Of a stretch of 64,000 nt of DNA, positions 52,946 through 63,398 are shown in pieces (positions within the stretch are counted from its first letter, which is position 1; every line of letters starts with the position of its first letter). The translations under genes and the position numbers were made by a program. Origin of the DNA: an uncultured beta proteobacterium (GTDB taxonomy: Bacteria; Pseudomonadota; Gammaproteobacteria; Burkholderiales; Casimicrobiaceae); assembly GCA_963805355.1 (NCBI GenBank), contig CAWDTZ010000004.1, forward strand, positions 203,757 to 267,756, in the 5' to 3' direction. Below the pieces are notes generated by a model that made no database searches, had not been told where the DNA came from, and worked only from the letters and a program-made list of their open reading frames with translations.

Positions 52946-54574
52946 TCAAAGGGTTTCGGGAATCATCTTGATCGCGCCACACGGGCACTCGGACACGCAG
53001 ATGCCGCAGCCCTTGCAGTAGTCGAAGTTGAATTCGAAGCGCTTGCCCGGCCCCAGCTTGATCACTGCGTTGTCGGGACACACGCCGTAGCAGTTGTCGC
53101 ATTCGAAGCAATTGCCGCACGACAGGCAGCGCCGCGCCTCGAACAGCGCGTTGGTCTCGTCCAGTCCGCTTACCACTTCGTCGAAGGTGGACGTGCGGCG
53201 GGCGAGTTCGAGTACCGGCCGCACCGTCTTGGGCGCGTCGCTGTAATACCAGGGATTGAGCTTCTCGAAGGTGGCCAGCGCATGCTTTTCCGCCGGCGCA
53301 TAGTCGGTGCCGGAGAGCCACGCGTGAATGTTGCGCGCCGCTTTCCGGCCGTGGCCGACGCCGACGGTCACCGTGCGTTCGGAGGGCACCATGTCGCCAC
53401 CGGCAAAGATGCCGGGGTAGCCGGTCATCATGTTGGGCGCCACCTGTACGGTGCCTTCCTTGATCGTGAGTCCCGGCACGCCGTCGAGCAGCGACAGGTC
53501 GACATCCTGTCCCAGCGCCAGGATGAGCGAGTCGGATTCGAGCGTTTCGAACTCGCCCGTCGGCTGCGGAAATCCCTTCTCGTCCAGCGCCATCTTTTCA
53601 ACGGTCAACGTGCCTTCGTTGGCCATGTTCTTGATGGTCGACAGCCACTTGATCAGCACGCCTTCCTGCAGCGCTTCCTCCACCTCGAAATCGTGCGCGG
53701 GCATCTTCTCGCGCGTGCGCCGGTAGACGATGATGGCTTCGGACGCGCCCAGCCGCTTGGCGGTGCGCGCGACGTCCAGCGCGGTGTTGCCGCCGCCGTA
53801 CACCACCACGCGCCGACCCAGCATCGGCTTGTCCTCGTTCTCCATGCTGCGCAGCACCGCCACGGCATCCAGCATGTGCGCGGCCTCGCCTGCCGGGATG
53901 TAGGCGCGCTTGGCGATGTGCGCGCCCACGGCAAGGAACGCGGCGTCGAACCTGCCCGCACGCATCGTCGCCAGGATGTCAGTGACCTTGGTATTGAGTT
54001 CAAGCTCGATGCCGAGGTCGAGGATGCGCTTGACCTCGGCATCCAGCACGTCGCGCGGCAGACGGTACTTGGGGATGCCGAAGCGCATCATGCCGCCGGC
54101 AAGCGGCCCGGCTTCGACGATGCACACAGCATGACCCAAGCGGCGGAGGTGATAGGCCGCGGAAAGTCCCGATGGGCCGGCGCCAACGATCAGCACGCGC
54201 TTGCCCGTAGCCGCGGGAGGTGCAGCAAACTTCCAGCCGCGCTTGATGGCCTCGTCGCCCAGAAATCGCTCGACCGAATTGATGCCCACGGCCTCATCGA
54301 GCTTGCCGCGATTGCATGCCCCCTCGCAGGGGTGATAGCACACGCGGCCCATGATTGCCGCCAACGGATTGTCCTGCGTCAGCGCCCGCCACGCCGCTTC
54401 GTAGTCGCCCGACTCCGCGTGGTACAGCCATCCCTGAATATTCTCGCCTGCGGGGCAGGCATGGTTGCAGGGCGGCAGCAGGTCGACGTACTGCGGGCGG
54501 TTGGTGCGCCATGCGCCCGTTTTGTTCGCCAGGCTGGAGCCGGCGTCCAGCGTGATTGCATAGGGCTTTTCCAC
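52946..54574 (-). CDS. GltD/NfnB-like NAD(P)H:acceptor flavoprotein fused to a C-terminal 2x[4Fe-4S] ferredoxin domain
   Basis: N-terminal Fe-S region (CNHACPAGENIQGW...CYHPCEGACNR), dinucleotide folds (VLIVGAGPSGLSAAY, VVVYGGGNTALD) and a C-terminal CLSCGNCFECDNC...CKGCGICVSECPCGAI. Confidence 0.8.
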   Translation of the reverse strand: MEKPYAITLDAGSSLANKTGAWRTNRPQYVDLLPPCNHACPAGENIQGWLYHAESGDYEAAWRALTQDNPLAAIMGRVCYHPCEGACNRGKLDEAVGINSVERFLGDEAIKRGWKFAAPPAATGKRVLIVGAGPSGLSAAYHLRRLGHAVCIVEAGPLAGGMMRFGIPKYRLPRDVLDAEVKRILDLGIELELNTKVTDILATMRAGRFDAAFLAVGAHIAKRAYIPAGEAAHMLDAVAVLRSMENEDKPMLGRRVVVYGGGNTALDVARTAKRLGASEAIIVYRRTREKMPAHDFEVEEALQEGVLIKWLSTIKNMANEGTLTVEKMALDEKGFPQPTGEFETLESDSLILALGQDVDLSLLDGVPGLTIKEGTVQVAPNMMTGYPGIFAGGDMVPSERTVTVGVGHGRKAARNIHAWLSGTDYAPAEKHALATFEKLNPWYYSDAPKTVRPVLELARRTSTFDEVVSGLDETNALFEARRCLSCGNCFECDNCYGVCPDNAVIKLGPGKRFEFNFDYCKGCGICVSECPCGAIKMIPETL

Positions 54575-54583
54575 GAGAGGCTC

Positions 54584-55570
54584 CTAGGGCAGCAAGCCGA
54601 ACCTTGCGATGTTGTGATCGGCCATTTTCTGGATCATCGCAAGGCGTTCCTGGTCGGGCGTTTTGCCGAACAGGTGGGCGAAGCGCTTCTGCAGCTTCAG
54701 GTATTCGGTCACAGGCACCTGGTGACGGATGTGCGTGCGCGCGGTGATTTCGCCATGATGGGCTTCGAACAGCGGATAAAGGCCGGTCTCGACGGCGAGC
54801 CGCGCCACCTTGATCGTGTCTTCCGGCGCCGACCCCCAGCCCAGTGGACAGGGCACGAAGATGTGGACGTAGCGCGCGCCCTCGATGCCCATCGCGTAGG
54901 TGACCTTGCGCTCCAGGTCGCGAAGATTCGAGACGCTGGCAGTGGCGACGTACGGAATGTTGTGCGCCATGGCGATCAGCGGGACGTTCTTGCCGGTGCC
55001 GAAGACGTTGCCGGGATGCAGTCCCAGCGCCGGTGTCGTCGCGGTACGCGCTGCCGGTGGCGTCGCGCTGGAGCGCTGCACGCCGGTATTCATGTAGGCC
55101 TCGTTGTCGTAACAGATGTAGAGCACGTCGTCGTTGCGCTCGAACATGCCGGAGAGGCAGCCGAAGCCGATGTCGGTCGTGCCGCCGTCGCCACCCTGGG
55201 CGATGACGCGCACGCCCTTGTGTCCCAGCGCGCGTTGCGCCGCGGCAACCCCGGAGGCCACGGCGGCGGCGTTGCCGAAGAGCGAGTGGATCCACGGCAG
55301 CTGCCAGGAGGTTTCGGGGTAGGGCGTCGAAAAGACTTCGAGGCAGCCGGTGGCGTTGACGGCGATCAGCTTGTTGCCGGTCGCGCGCATCGCGGCGTCG
55401 ATCGCGTAGCGCGCGCCCAGCGCTTCGCCACAGCCCTGGCAGGCACGATGGCCGGAGTTGAGTGAATTGGTGCGGTGCATGTCGGCCTGCACCGTACGCT
55501 GGTCCTCGGCGAGGAGCCGGTTGCCGACGGTGAACGTGCCGGTCTGGTAGAACTTGATTTGCGTTTCCAC
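54584..55570 (-). CDS. porB: 2-oxoacid:ferredoxin oxidoreductase beta (TPP-binding) subunit
   Basis: HRACQGCGE, GGDGGTTDIGF and YDNEAYMNTG. Confidence 0.9.
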   Translation of the reverse strand: METQIKFYQTGTFTVGNRLLAEDQRTVQADMHRTNSLNSGHRACQGCGEALGARYAIDAAMRATGNKLIAVNATGCLEVFSTPYPETSWQLPWIHSLFGNAAAVASGVAAAQRALGHKGVRVIAQGGDGGTTDIGFGCLSGMFERNDDVLYICYDNEAYMNTGVQRSSATPPAARTATTPALGLHPGNVFGTGKNVPLIAMAHNIPYVATASVSNLRDLERKVTYAMGIEGARYVHIFVPCPLGWGSAPEDTIKVARLAVETGLYPLFEAHHGEITARTHIRHQVPVTEYLKLQKRFAHLFGKTPDQERLAMIQKMADHNIARFGLLP

Positions 55571-55586
55571 GATCGATCTCCGCGAT

Positions 55587-56840
55587 TCAGCCGATACCCG
55601 ATGCGACCGTGCCGATGTGGCGCAGGATGGCCTCGGCGGTCGGCCCGGTGCGGCGCGTCCTGCTCTCGCGTTCCAGTTCGAAGCTCACCACGTCGGCATT
55701 GAGGTCGAGGAAGGTCACCTGCTCCAGTTCGTCGCGTCCGGCCTCCTCGAACAGCCGGGTGAGCGAGGTGCGGGTGATGGCTCGCCCGCCCAGTCCGGCG
55801 ATGACGGTGTAGCCGTGCAGCGCGATGCCCGACAACGACTTGCGCACGCCATCGGACAGGATGCCGCCCATTCCGACCGCCAGGCATTTCTCCAGCACCA
55901 CCACACGCTGCGCATGCTGCAGCGCCAGGCGCACCACGGCGAGCGGGAAGGGCCGGAACGAACAGATGGAGACCGAGCCGATCTTCACGCCACGCTCGCG
56001 CATCTCGTCGACCACGACCTGGACGGTGCCATTGACCGAGCCGAGCGCGACGACGATGGTCTCCGCGTCTTCCGTGCGATAGGTACGGATGAGGCCGCCG
56101 GAGTCGCGGCCGAACTCCGCCTTGAACTGCCCGGCCAGCTCCGGGATGAGATGCAGCGCGCGCAGCTGCTTGTGATGCTGCAGGTAGCGCACCTCGGTAA
56201 AGGCCTCGGGGCCAACCAGCGCGCCGATGCTCACCGGGTCGGCCGGATCGAGTACCTGCCGCGGCTGATAGGGGGGCAGGTAGGCGTCGACCTGCTCCTG
56301 CGTGGGCACGTCGACCCGGTCATAGGCGTGGGTCAGGATGAAGCCATCCATGCACACCATCACCGGGCAGGACAATTCCTCCGCAAGGCGAAAGGCCTGG
56401 ATGTGCAGGTCGAGCGCTTCCTGGTTGTTTTCGGCGAACAGCTGGATCCAGCCCGCGTCGCGCATCGACATGCTGTCCGAATGGTCGTTCCAGATGTTGA
56501 TGGGACTGCCGATCGCGCGGTTGCCGATGGTCATCACGATCGGCAGGCCGAGCCCCGACGCGTTGTAGACGGCTTCCGCCATGAACAACAGGCCCTGACT
56601 GCTCGTGGCGGTATAGGTGCGCACGCCGGCCGCCGACGCGCCGATGGCCACCGACATCGCGGCGAATTCGGATTCGACATTGATGAACTCGCAGTTCGCG
56701 AGTTCGCCGGTTTTCACCATCTCGCCGAGGCCTTCGACGATATGCGTCTGCGGCGTGATCGGATAGGCACAGATCACCTGCGGCCGGCAAAGCGCGACGG
56801 CTTCGGCGACGGCACGCGACCCCTCGATTTGCTTAAGCAT
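55587..56840 (-). CDS. porA: 2-oxoacid:ferredoxin oxidoreductase alpha subunit
   Basis: Starts at ATG 56840. AYPITPQT, ESEFAAMSVAIGASAAGVRTYTATSSQGL. Confidence 0.9.
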   Translation of the reverse strand: MLKQIEGSRAVAEAVALCRPQVICAYPITPQTHIVEGLGEMVKTGELANCEFINVESEFAAMSVAIGASAAGVRTYTATSSQGLLFMAEAVYNASGLGLPIVMTIGNRAIGSPINIWNDHSDSMSMRDAGWIQLFAENNQEALDLHIQAFRLAEELSCPVMVCMDGFILTHAYDRVDVPTQEQVDAYLPPYQPRQVLDPADPVSIGALVGPEAFTEVRYLQHHKQLRALHLIPELAGQFKAEFGRDSGGLIRTYRTEDAETIVVALGSVNGTVQVVVDEMRERGVKIGSVSICSFRPFPLAVVRLALQHAQRVVVLEKCLAVGMGGILSDGVRKSLSGIALHGYTVIAGLGGRAITRTSLTRLFEEAGRDELEQVTFLDLNADVVSFELERESRTRRTGPTAEAILRHIGTVASGIG

Positions 56841-57411
56841 CGCTGGCCTCCAGGGACTGGTTTGCGATGGCAAAGGCCTCGGTGGCCGCGGCCACGTTCT
56901 TCTCGGCGATCGCGGTCGGAAACTTCTGCCGGATGGCGGCCATGACCGAGTCCAGCGCGATCACGCCGGTTATGGCGGCAAAGCCGCCGAGGAGCGCCGC
57001 ATTGGGCACGGCGCGGCCCACATGCTTCAGCGCAAGGTCCGTGGCAGGAAGCGTGACCAGCCGATACTGCTGGACGCCGCGTGCAAATCCCCCGAGCCCC
57101 AGCCGGTCGATACTGTGCGCGGAGTTGAGCAGGATCGTGCCGCCCGCCGCCAGTCCTTCGAACAGGTCGACCTGATGCAGCAACGTCGGGTCCTGGATGA
57201 TCAGTGCGTCCGGTTGCAGCACCGGCTCGCGCAGCCGGATCTCGCGGTCGTCGATGCGGCAGAACGCCATGACCGGCGCACCCATCCGCTCCGAGCCGAA
57301 GCTGGGGAACGCTTGCGCGTAGCGCCCTTCGAGGAAGGCGGCCACCGACAGCATCTCGGCGCCGGACACCACGCCCTGGCCGCCGCGGCCATGAATACGA
57401 ATCTGGAACAT
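56833..57411 (-). CDS. porG: 2-oxoacid:ferredoxin oxidoreductase gamma subunit
   Basis: MFQIRIHGRGGQGVVSGAEML...FGSERMGAP. Overlaps the porA start by 8 nt. Confidence 0.9.
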   Translation of the reverse strand: MFQIRIHGRGGQGVVSGAEMLSVAAFLEGRYAQAFPSFGSERMGAPVMAFCRIDDREIRLREPVLQPDALIIQDPTLLHQVDLFEGLAAGGTILLNSAHSIDRLGLGGFARGVQQYRLVTLPATDLALKHVGRAVPNAALLGGFAAITGVIALDSVMAAIRQKFPTAIAEKNVAAATEAFAIANQSLEASDA

Positions 57412-57522
57412 CGGACCTCTCCCGCCGCGCTTTCGCAGCCATCGCGGGGCGATGTCCCCGCGCCGCTGCCGATGGCATGCATTCGCGTCTGGGTCATTCT
57501 CGCCGGATTGCCGTCGGCTACT

Positions 57523-57536
57523 TTGATTCAGGTCAA
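57523..57536. promoter_or_regulatory. FNR/FixK-type box TTGATtcagGTCAA in the divergent por/frd promoter region
   Basis: 9/10 match. Centre is 118 nt from the porG ATG and about 115-145 nt from the frdC start candidates. Confidence 0.5.
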
Positions 57537-57674
57537 GACTCCCTTGTGCCGTGGGGGATACGTTGGCGTCCTGATGCAACGCGCACTTTGCTGCGCACAC
57601 GGAACGCGGCGACGAGTCGGCAGGAACGACGGCAGATCGATCGCATGCCGACATTGAAACTGGGGAAGCGCACG

Positions 57675-58484
57675 ATGGAGCGAAGCAGCCCGCTGATCGT
57701 CGGCGTAGGACTGGCCGAACGCGCCCGCAAGAGTCGTTGGCCCGCCAGACTCGACCTGACGCAAAGCGCCACGGGTCTCGCGCTGGCGCTGTTCATGTGG
57801 GGACACATGTTCTTCGTGTCCTCCATCCTGATCAGCAAGGACGCCATGTGGACGGTCACGCGAGCCTTCGAAGGCTACTTCGTCTTCGGCCGGTCGTACC
57901 CATGGATCGTGTCGATCGTGGTGGCCGCGGTCATCACGCTGGTGGTCGTGCACGCGATGCTTGCCTTGCGCAAGTTCCCGGCCAACTACCAGCAGTTCCA
58001 CACGTTGCGCGGTCACATGCGCATGATGAAGCACGAGGACACCACGCTGTGGTTCTGGCAGGTCGCCACCGGCTTCGCGCTGTTCTTCCTGGCATCCGTC
58101 CACCTCTACATCATGCTCACGCGCCCCGATCGCATCGGACCCTTCGCGTCGGCCGACCGGGTATGGACCGACCACATGTGGCCGCTGTACATCGTGCTGT
58201 TGCTCGCGGTGGAATTGCACGGTGGCATCGGCCTCTATCGCCTCGCGGTGAAGTGGGGCAGCCTGGCGGGCGCGAATCCGGATGCCACGCGGCGCCGGTT
58301 GAAGGCCTTGAAGTGGGCCATCACGGTGTTCTTCCTGCTGTTGGGATTCGCCACGCTTGCGGCGTACATGAAGATCGGCGTCGAGCACCGTGATCGCTAC
58401 GGCGAGCGCTACGTGCCTTCGTACCTGCAGATCGCCCCGCCGGCTGCGGTACCAGCTCCGGGCGTCGCCGACCAGCCCCGATGA
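57675..58484 (+). CDS. frdC: fumarate reductase/succinate dehydrogenase dihaem cytochrome b subunit (type B, Wolinella FrdC-like)
   Basis: Five hydrophobic helices with conserved His ([32 protein letters not shown]). The stop overlaps the frdA ATG. The start could be 57645 or 57675. Confidence 0.75.
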   Translation: MERSSPLIVGVGLAERARKSRWPARLDLTQSATGLALALFMWGHMFFVSSILISKDAMWTVTRAFEGYFVFGRSYPWIVSIVVAAVITLVVVHAMLALRKFPANYQQFHTLRGHMRMMKHEDTTLWFWQVATGFALFFLASVHLYIMLTRPDRIGPFASADRVWTDHMWPLYIVLLLAVELHGGIGLYRLAVKWGSLAGANPDATRRRLKALKWAITVFFLLLGFATLAAYMKIGVEHRDRYGERYVPSYLQIAPPAAVPAPGVADQPR

Positions 58485-60499
58485 AGATCATCTATACGGA
58501 TGTGCTGGTGATCGGCGGCGGCCTCGCGGGGTTGCGCATGGGCATCGGTGCCAAACGCCGCGGTCACGATGTGGTGATCCTCTCGCTGGTGCCGCCCAAG
58601 CGCTCGCATTCGGCCGCGGCGCAGGGCGGCATGCAGGCGAGCCTCGGCAACGTGATCAAGGGGCAGGGCGACAACGAGGATGTGCATTTCGAGGATACGG
58701 TGCGCGGCAGCGACTGGGGTGCCGACCAGCGCGTCGTGCGCATGTTCGTCAACACGGCCCCCAAGGCGGTGCGTGAGCTCGCCGCATGGGGCGTGCCCTG
58801 GAGCCGCGTGCAGAAGGGCGACCGCGACGTCATCATCAACGGCGCCAAAGTCACGATCACCGAGCGCGAGGAGGCGCACGGGCTCGTCGCGCAGCGCGAT
58901 TTTGGCGGCACCAAGAAGTGGCGGACCTGCTACGTCTCCGACAGCACGGGCCACGCGATGCTGAACGCGGTCAGCGACCAGGCGATCGCGCATGCGATTC
59001 CGGTCCACGAGCGCATGGAGGCGCTGGCGCTCGTCCACGATGCCGGTCGTTGCCACGGCGCCATCGTGCGCAACCTGGTCACGGGCGAGCTGGTGGCCTA
59101 CGTTGCCAAGGCCACGGCCGTGGCCAGCGGCGGTGCGGGAAGACTCTATCGCGCCACGACCAATGCCGTGATCTGCGAGGGTATCGGCACCGCCATCGCG
59201 CTCGAAACAGGTGTGGCGACGATCGGCAACATGGAGGCCATCCAGTTCCATCCCACCACCATCTTTCCGGCCGGCATCCTGGTCACCGAAGGGTGCCGCG
59301 GCGACGGCGGACTGCTGCGCGATGTCGACGGCAAGCGCTTCATGCCCGATTACGAGCCGGAAAAGAAGGAACTCGCGTCGCGCGACGTCGTTTCCCGCCG
59401 CATGGAGGAACACATCCACAGCGGCAAGGGGGTCAAGTCCCGCTTCGGCGAGCATCTGTGGCTCGACATCACCCTGCTGGGCGCGGCGCACATCGATCGC
59501 AACCTGCGTGAAGTGAAGGACATCTGCCGCTACTTTCTCGGCATCGACCCGATCAAGGACTGGATTCCGGTGCGGCCCTCGCAGCACTACACGATGGGCG
59601 GGATCCGCACCAACCACACCGGCGAGAGTCCGACGCTGCGGGGCCTCTTTGCCGCCGGCGAGGCCGCCTGCTGGGATATGCACGGCTTCAACCGCCTTGG
59701 CGGCAATTCGGTGGCCGAGACGGTGGTTGGCGGAATGATCGTCGGCGAGTTCATCGGCGACTTCTGCGATCGCCCGGAAAACAACGTCCAGGTGTCGACC
59801 GGCCTGATTGGCGAATTCCTGCAACGGGAGCAGGCGAAGATCGACACGTTCGTCGATGGCGGCGGCAAGGAAGAGGCCAACGCGATCCGTGGCGAGATGC
59901 AGGACCTGATGACGGCCAAGGTCGGTATTTTCCGCACCGGCGAAGACCTGGTGGCGGCGGTCGAGGGCCTGCAGGCACTGCTGCGCCGCAGCCGCAACAT
60001 CGGATTGCGCTACCGCGCGCGCGGCGCCAACCCGGAGCTCGTGGCGGCCTACCGGGTGCAGAAGATGCTGAAACTTGCGCTATGCGTCGCCTACGGTGCG
60101 CTGACCCGCACCGAAAGTCGCGGCGCGCATTTCCGGCAGGACTTCCCGCGCCGGAACGATGAACAATGGCTGAAGCGCACGTTGGCGACTTGGCCGCGCG
60201 CGGATGATACGCTGCCAACGCTGGCCTGGGAGGCGCTCGACGTGATGCAGATGGAACTTCCTCCCGGATGGCGTGGCTATGGAACCAAGGATTACGTCGA
60301 TCATCCCGCCACTGCAGTCCGTGCGGCGGAAGTCGCAGCAATCCGCGAGAAGGGTGGCGATGCCGGGCGCGCGGCGGTGCAGGAGCAGTTGATGCCGTTC
60401 GAGGATCTGCTGCCGGACCGATTTCGCGGTCCCAACGAGCGCATCGATGAGCTCCTGAGCCCACCGGGCACCCATGCCGCCTCGACGAGGCAACGATGA
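58481..60499 (+). CDS. frdA: fumarate reductase/succinate dehydrogenase flavoprotein subunit
   Basis: [12 protein letters not shown] and [18 protein letters not shown] (covalent-FAD His). From memory, the N-terminus closely parallels W. succinogenes FrdA. Confidence 0.95.
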   Translation: MKIIYTDVLVIGGGLAGLRMGIGAKRRGHDVVILSLVPPKRSHSAAAQGGMQASLGNVIKGQGDNEDVHFEDTVRGSDWGADQRVVRMFVNTAPKAVRELAAWGVPWSRVQKGDRDVIINGAKVTITEREEAHGLVAQRDFGGTKKWRTCYVSDSTGHAMLNAVSDQAIAHAIPVHERMEALALVHDAGRCHGAIVRNLVTGELVAYVAKATAVASGGAGRLYRATTNAVICEGIGTAIALETGVATIGNMEAIQFHPTTIFPAGILVTEGCRGDGGLLRDVDGKRFMPDYEPEKKELASRDVVSRRMEEHIHSGKGVKSRFGEHLWLDITLLGAAHIDRNLREVKDICRYFLGIDPIKDWIPVRPSQHYTMGGIRTNHTGESPTLRGLFAAGEAACWDMHGFNRLGGNSVAETVVGGMIVGEFIGDFCDRPENNVQVSTGLIGEFLQREQAKIDTFVDGGGKEEANAIRGEMQDLMTAKVGIFRTGEDLVAAVEGLQALLRRSRNIGLRYRARGANPELVAAYRVQKMLKLALCVAYGALTRTESRGAHFRQDFPRRNDEQWLKRTLATWPRADDTLPTLAWEALDVMQMELPPGWRGYGTKDYVDHPATAVRAAEVAAIREKGGDAGRAAVQEQLMPFEDLLPDRFRGPNERIDELLSPPGTHAASTRQR

Positions 60500-61269
60500 G
60501 CGACCACACGGTGATTCCGTTGCGCCGGGCCACGGCGGCGGGGCAGCATCGCCAGCTCTCGATCAAGGTGCTGCGCTACAACCCGCAGGAGCCGGGCAGC
60601 GTCCCGCACATGCAAACATACGCGTTGGAGGAAGCCGACGGGATGACGCTGTTCATCGCGCTGAACGAAATCCGCGAAAAGCAGGATGCGTCGCTGCAGT
60701 TCGACTTCGTCTGCCGCGCCGGGATCTGCGGCAGCTGCGCGATGATCATCGACGGCCGGCCGGGACTTGCGTGCCGCACGCTGACGCAGAATCTTGGCAC
60801 GGTGATCACCCTCGCCCCGCTGCCGGTGTTCGAACTGATCGGCGATCTCTCCGTCGATACGGGCAAGTGGATGCGTGCGATGAGCGAGCACCTGCAAGGC
60901 TGGCTGCACATGAAACAGGAGGAAGTGGACCTGTCGCGGCTGGAGGAGCGGATGGAGCCGGAGCTGGCCGACAAGATCTACGAGCTTGATCGCTGCATCG
61001 AGTGCGGCTGCTGCGTGGCCGGTTGCGGCACGGCCCGGATGCGCGAAGACTTCGTTGGCGCGGTCGGGTTGAACCGGATCGCGCGCTTCCGCATCGATCC
61101 ACGCGACACCCGCACCGACGACGATTTCTATGAATTGATCGGCGACGATCACGGCGTGTTCGGCTGCATGTCATTGCTGGCCTGCCACGACGTCTGTCCG
61201 AAGGATCTGCCGCTGGCGACGCAGATCGCATTCATGCGGCGCAAGATGGCCGGCATTGGCCTCAAGTAG
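60496..61269 (+). CDS. frdB: fumarate reductase/succinate dehydrogenase iron-sulfur subunit
   Basis: [32 protein letters not shown] and [10 protein letters not shown]. Confidence 0.9.
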   Translation: MSDHTVIPLRRATAAGQHRQLSIKVLRYNPQEPGSVPHMQTYALEEADGMTLFIALNEIREKQDASLQFDFVCRAGICGSCAMIIDGRPGLACRTLTQNLGTVITLAPLPVFELIGDLSVDTGKWMRAMSEHLQGWLHMKQEEVDLSRLEERMEPELADKIYELDRCIECGCCVAGCGTARMREDFVGAVGLNRIARFRIDPRDTRTDDDFYELIGDDHGVFGCMSLLACHDVCPKDLPLATQIAFMRRKMAGIGLK

Positions 61270-61296
61270 CTGCATTGGGCCTGGCCTGGGCCGGCC

Positions 61297-63306
61297 ATGA
61301 GTCCGATCGGCATCACGCTTCTCATGGCCATCGCCTTGGCCGGGTTCGGCTGGCTGGCGTGGCGCAAGCTCGGCATCGTGATGCGCCTGCGGCCGGAAGT
61401 TCGCTGGGACCATCCGTGGACGCGGATCCGGCGCGTCCTCGTCGTTGGGCTGCTGCAATCGCGGATGATTCACGGCGAGCCGGCAGCCGGTATCATGCAC
61501 TGCGTCATTTTCACGGGCTTTCTGGCGCTGCTGGCGCGGAAGGTTCAGCTGATTATCATCGGCTACCAGCCGGATTTCGTCTATCCGGGGTGGCCGGGTG
61601 CAATGTTTGCCGGCGGCAAGGACGTGGTCGAACTCGCGGTGCTGGCGGCAGTCCTCTATGCGTTCTACCGCCGCTTCGTGCAGAAACCGGCCCGGCTCGA
61701 ACCCAATCGGGAAGCGGTCCTCGTGCTGTCGCTGATCGCCGCGATCATGGTCACCGATCTCGCCTTCGACGCGTTTCGCTTCGCGCTGTTCGCGCCCACC
61801 GATCCTGCCATTGCGCATGAGCGCAATTTTGCGTTCGCCGGCGCGGCGCTTGCCGGGACGCTTGCCGGCTGGAGCGAACCTGCGCTGCGCATCGGCCTGC
61901 ACCTGGCTTACTGGGTGCAGATGCTGACCGTGTTCGCGTTCCTGGTGCTGCTGCCCGTCGGCGAACATTTCCACATCGTGACGGCGCTGCCGGGCTTGTT
62001 CTTCGCGCGGGCGGGTCCGCCCAATCGCGTCCCGGCGGTCGACCTTGACCGCTTGATGAACGCAGCCGATGGCGACGATGTGACGGTCGGCGTGCGTACC
62101 GCGCGCGATCTCCTGTGGAAAGATGGCTACGACGCCTTCACCTGTACCGAATGTGGCCGCTGCAAGTCCTCCTGTCCTACCTATCTCACCGGCAAGCCGC
62201 TGGCGCTGAAATGGGTGAACGACAGCCTGAAGAAGCATCTGGTCGCAGAGCGCGAGACCATGCTGGCGGGTGACACGCCCGAACGGTCGCTGCCCGCGCT
62301 GGTGGGCGGTGTGATCAGCGAGGATGCCTTGTGGGCGTGCACGACCTGCGGGTTCTGCGAGTCCGCGTGCCCGATCGAACTCGAGCACCTGGACAAGTTC
62401 TTCCGGATGCGCCAGCAGCGGGTGCTGATGGAGGGCGCTTTCCCGCACGAGCTGAAGGCAGTGTTCGAGGCGTACGAGGCGCAGAGCAATCCGTGGGGTT
62501 TCGATGCGGGAACGCGGGGCGACTGGGCGTCAGGCCTTGGTGTCCCGATTGCAACCACGGCGGAAGAAGTGCGGGACCTCGAGTGGCTGTTCTACGTCGG
62601 CTCGGCCGAGTCCTTCGATCCGCGCGGACAGAAGATCGCACGCGCCTTTGCACAGGTGCTGCAGCAGGCCGGGGTCCGATTCGCGATCCTCGGCGCCGCC
62701 GAAACGTCCACCGGCGAAAGCATCCGCCGCACGGGCAACGAGATGCTGTTCCAGACCCTGGCCGCGCAGCTCGTGGCTACGCTGAACGGTTTGACGGTGA
62801 CGCGCATCGTGACCTGCGATCCGCATGCATTCAACACGTTGCGCAACGAGTATCCGGCGTTCGGCGGGCACTACGAGGTGATCCACCACACGCAACTCTT
62901 GCAGCAATTGCTGGCGGCCGGGAAGATCAAGGTGGCGCCCACGGCCGAACGTGTGATGTTGCACGATCCATGCTATCTCGGTCGTCACAACGGCGAATAC
63001 GAGGCGCCACGCGCCGTGCTGGCGGCGTTGACCGTCGAACCGCTGCTCGAATTTCCGCTCGCGCGCGACAAGTCGATGTGCTGCGGCGCCGGCGGGGGAC
63101 GGATGTGGATGGAGGAGAAGATCGGTCGCCGCATCAACGTGACGCGCGTCGAGCAGGGGCTGCCGCTTCGGCCTGCCGTCATCGCAACGGCCTGCCCCTA
63201 CTGCACGATCATGGTCGGAGACGGGGTTGCCACACTCGGTCGGGCGGAGGCGATCGCTACCCGGGACGTGGCCGAACTGGTGCTCGCGGCGATGGTGCGG
63301 GGATGA
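61297..63306 (+). CDS. membrane-integral Fe-S oxidoreductase: N-terminal polytopic (cytochrome b/DsrM-like) module fused to HdrD/DsrK/GlpC-like 2x[4Fe-4S] + CCG domains
   Basis: About 240 aa with 5-6 hydrophobic helices carrying His (IMHCVIF, HLAYWVQ, GEHFHIV), then CTECGRCKSSCP, CTTCGFCESACP and CCG-type motifs (TCDPH, DPCYLGRHNG, MCCGAGGG, ACPYC). Confidence 0.8.
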   Translation: MSPIGITLLMAIALAGFGWLAWRKLGIVMRLRPEVRWDHPWTRIRRVLVVGLLQSRMIHGEPAAGIMHCVIFTGFLALLARKVQLIIIGYQPDFVYPGWPGAMFAGGKDVVELAVLAAVLYAFYRRFVQKPARLEPNREAVLVLSLIAAIMVTDLAFDAFRFALFAPTDPAIAHERNFAFAGAALAGTLAGWSEPALRIGLHLAYWVQMLTVFAFLVLLPVGEHFHIVTALPGLFFARAGPPNRVPAVDLDRLMNAADGDDVTVGVRTARDLLWKDGYDAFTCTECGRCKSSCPTYLTGKPLALKWVNDSLKKHLVAERETMLAGDTPERSLPALVGGVISEDALWACTTCGFCESACPIELEHLDKFFRMRQQRVLMEGAFPHELKAVFEAYEAQSNPWGFDAGTRGDWASGLGVPIATTAEEVRDLEWLFYVGSAESFDPRGQKIARAFAQVLQQAGVRFAILGAAETSTGESIRRTGNEMLFQTLAAQLVATLNGLTVTRIVTCDPHAFNTLRNEYPAFGGHYEVIHHTQLLQQLLAAGKIKVAPTAERVMLHDPCYLGRHNGEYEAPRAVLAALTVEPLLEFPLARDKSMCCGAGGGRMWMEEKIGRRINVTRVEQGLPLRPAVIATACPYCTIMVGDGVATLGRAEAIATRDVAELVLAAMVRG

Positions 63307-63398
63307 AGGAATCCCTGCCGCGGACGCCCATTCCCTCTCCGGTGAACTACCCGCGAGTGTTTGTCGCTAGAATCACTTCTTTTGAATGGACATTGAGC

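Noticed and set aside
52880-55465. 861-aa plus-strand ORF antisense to the GltD-like and porB genes
   Set aside because: It has no recognisable motifs and a shadow-frame composition. The opposite strand carries unmistakable TPP- and FAD-binding motifs.
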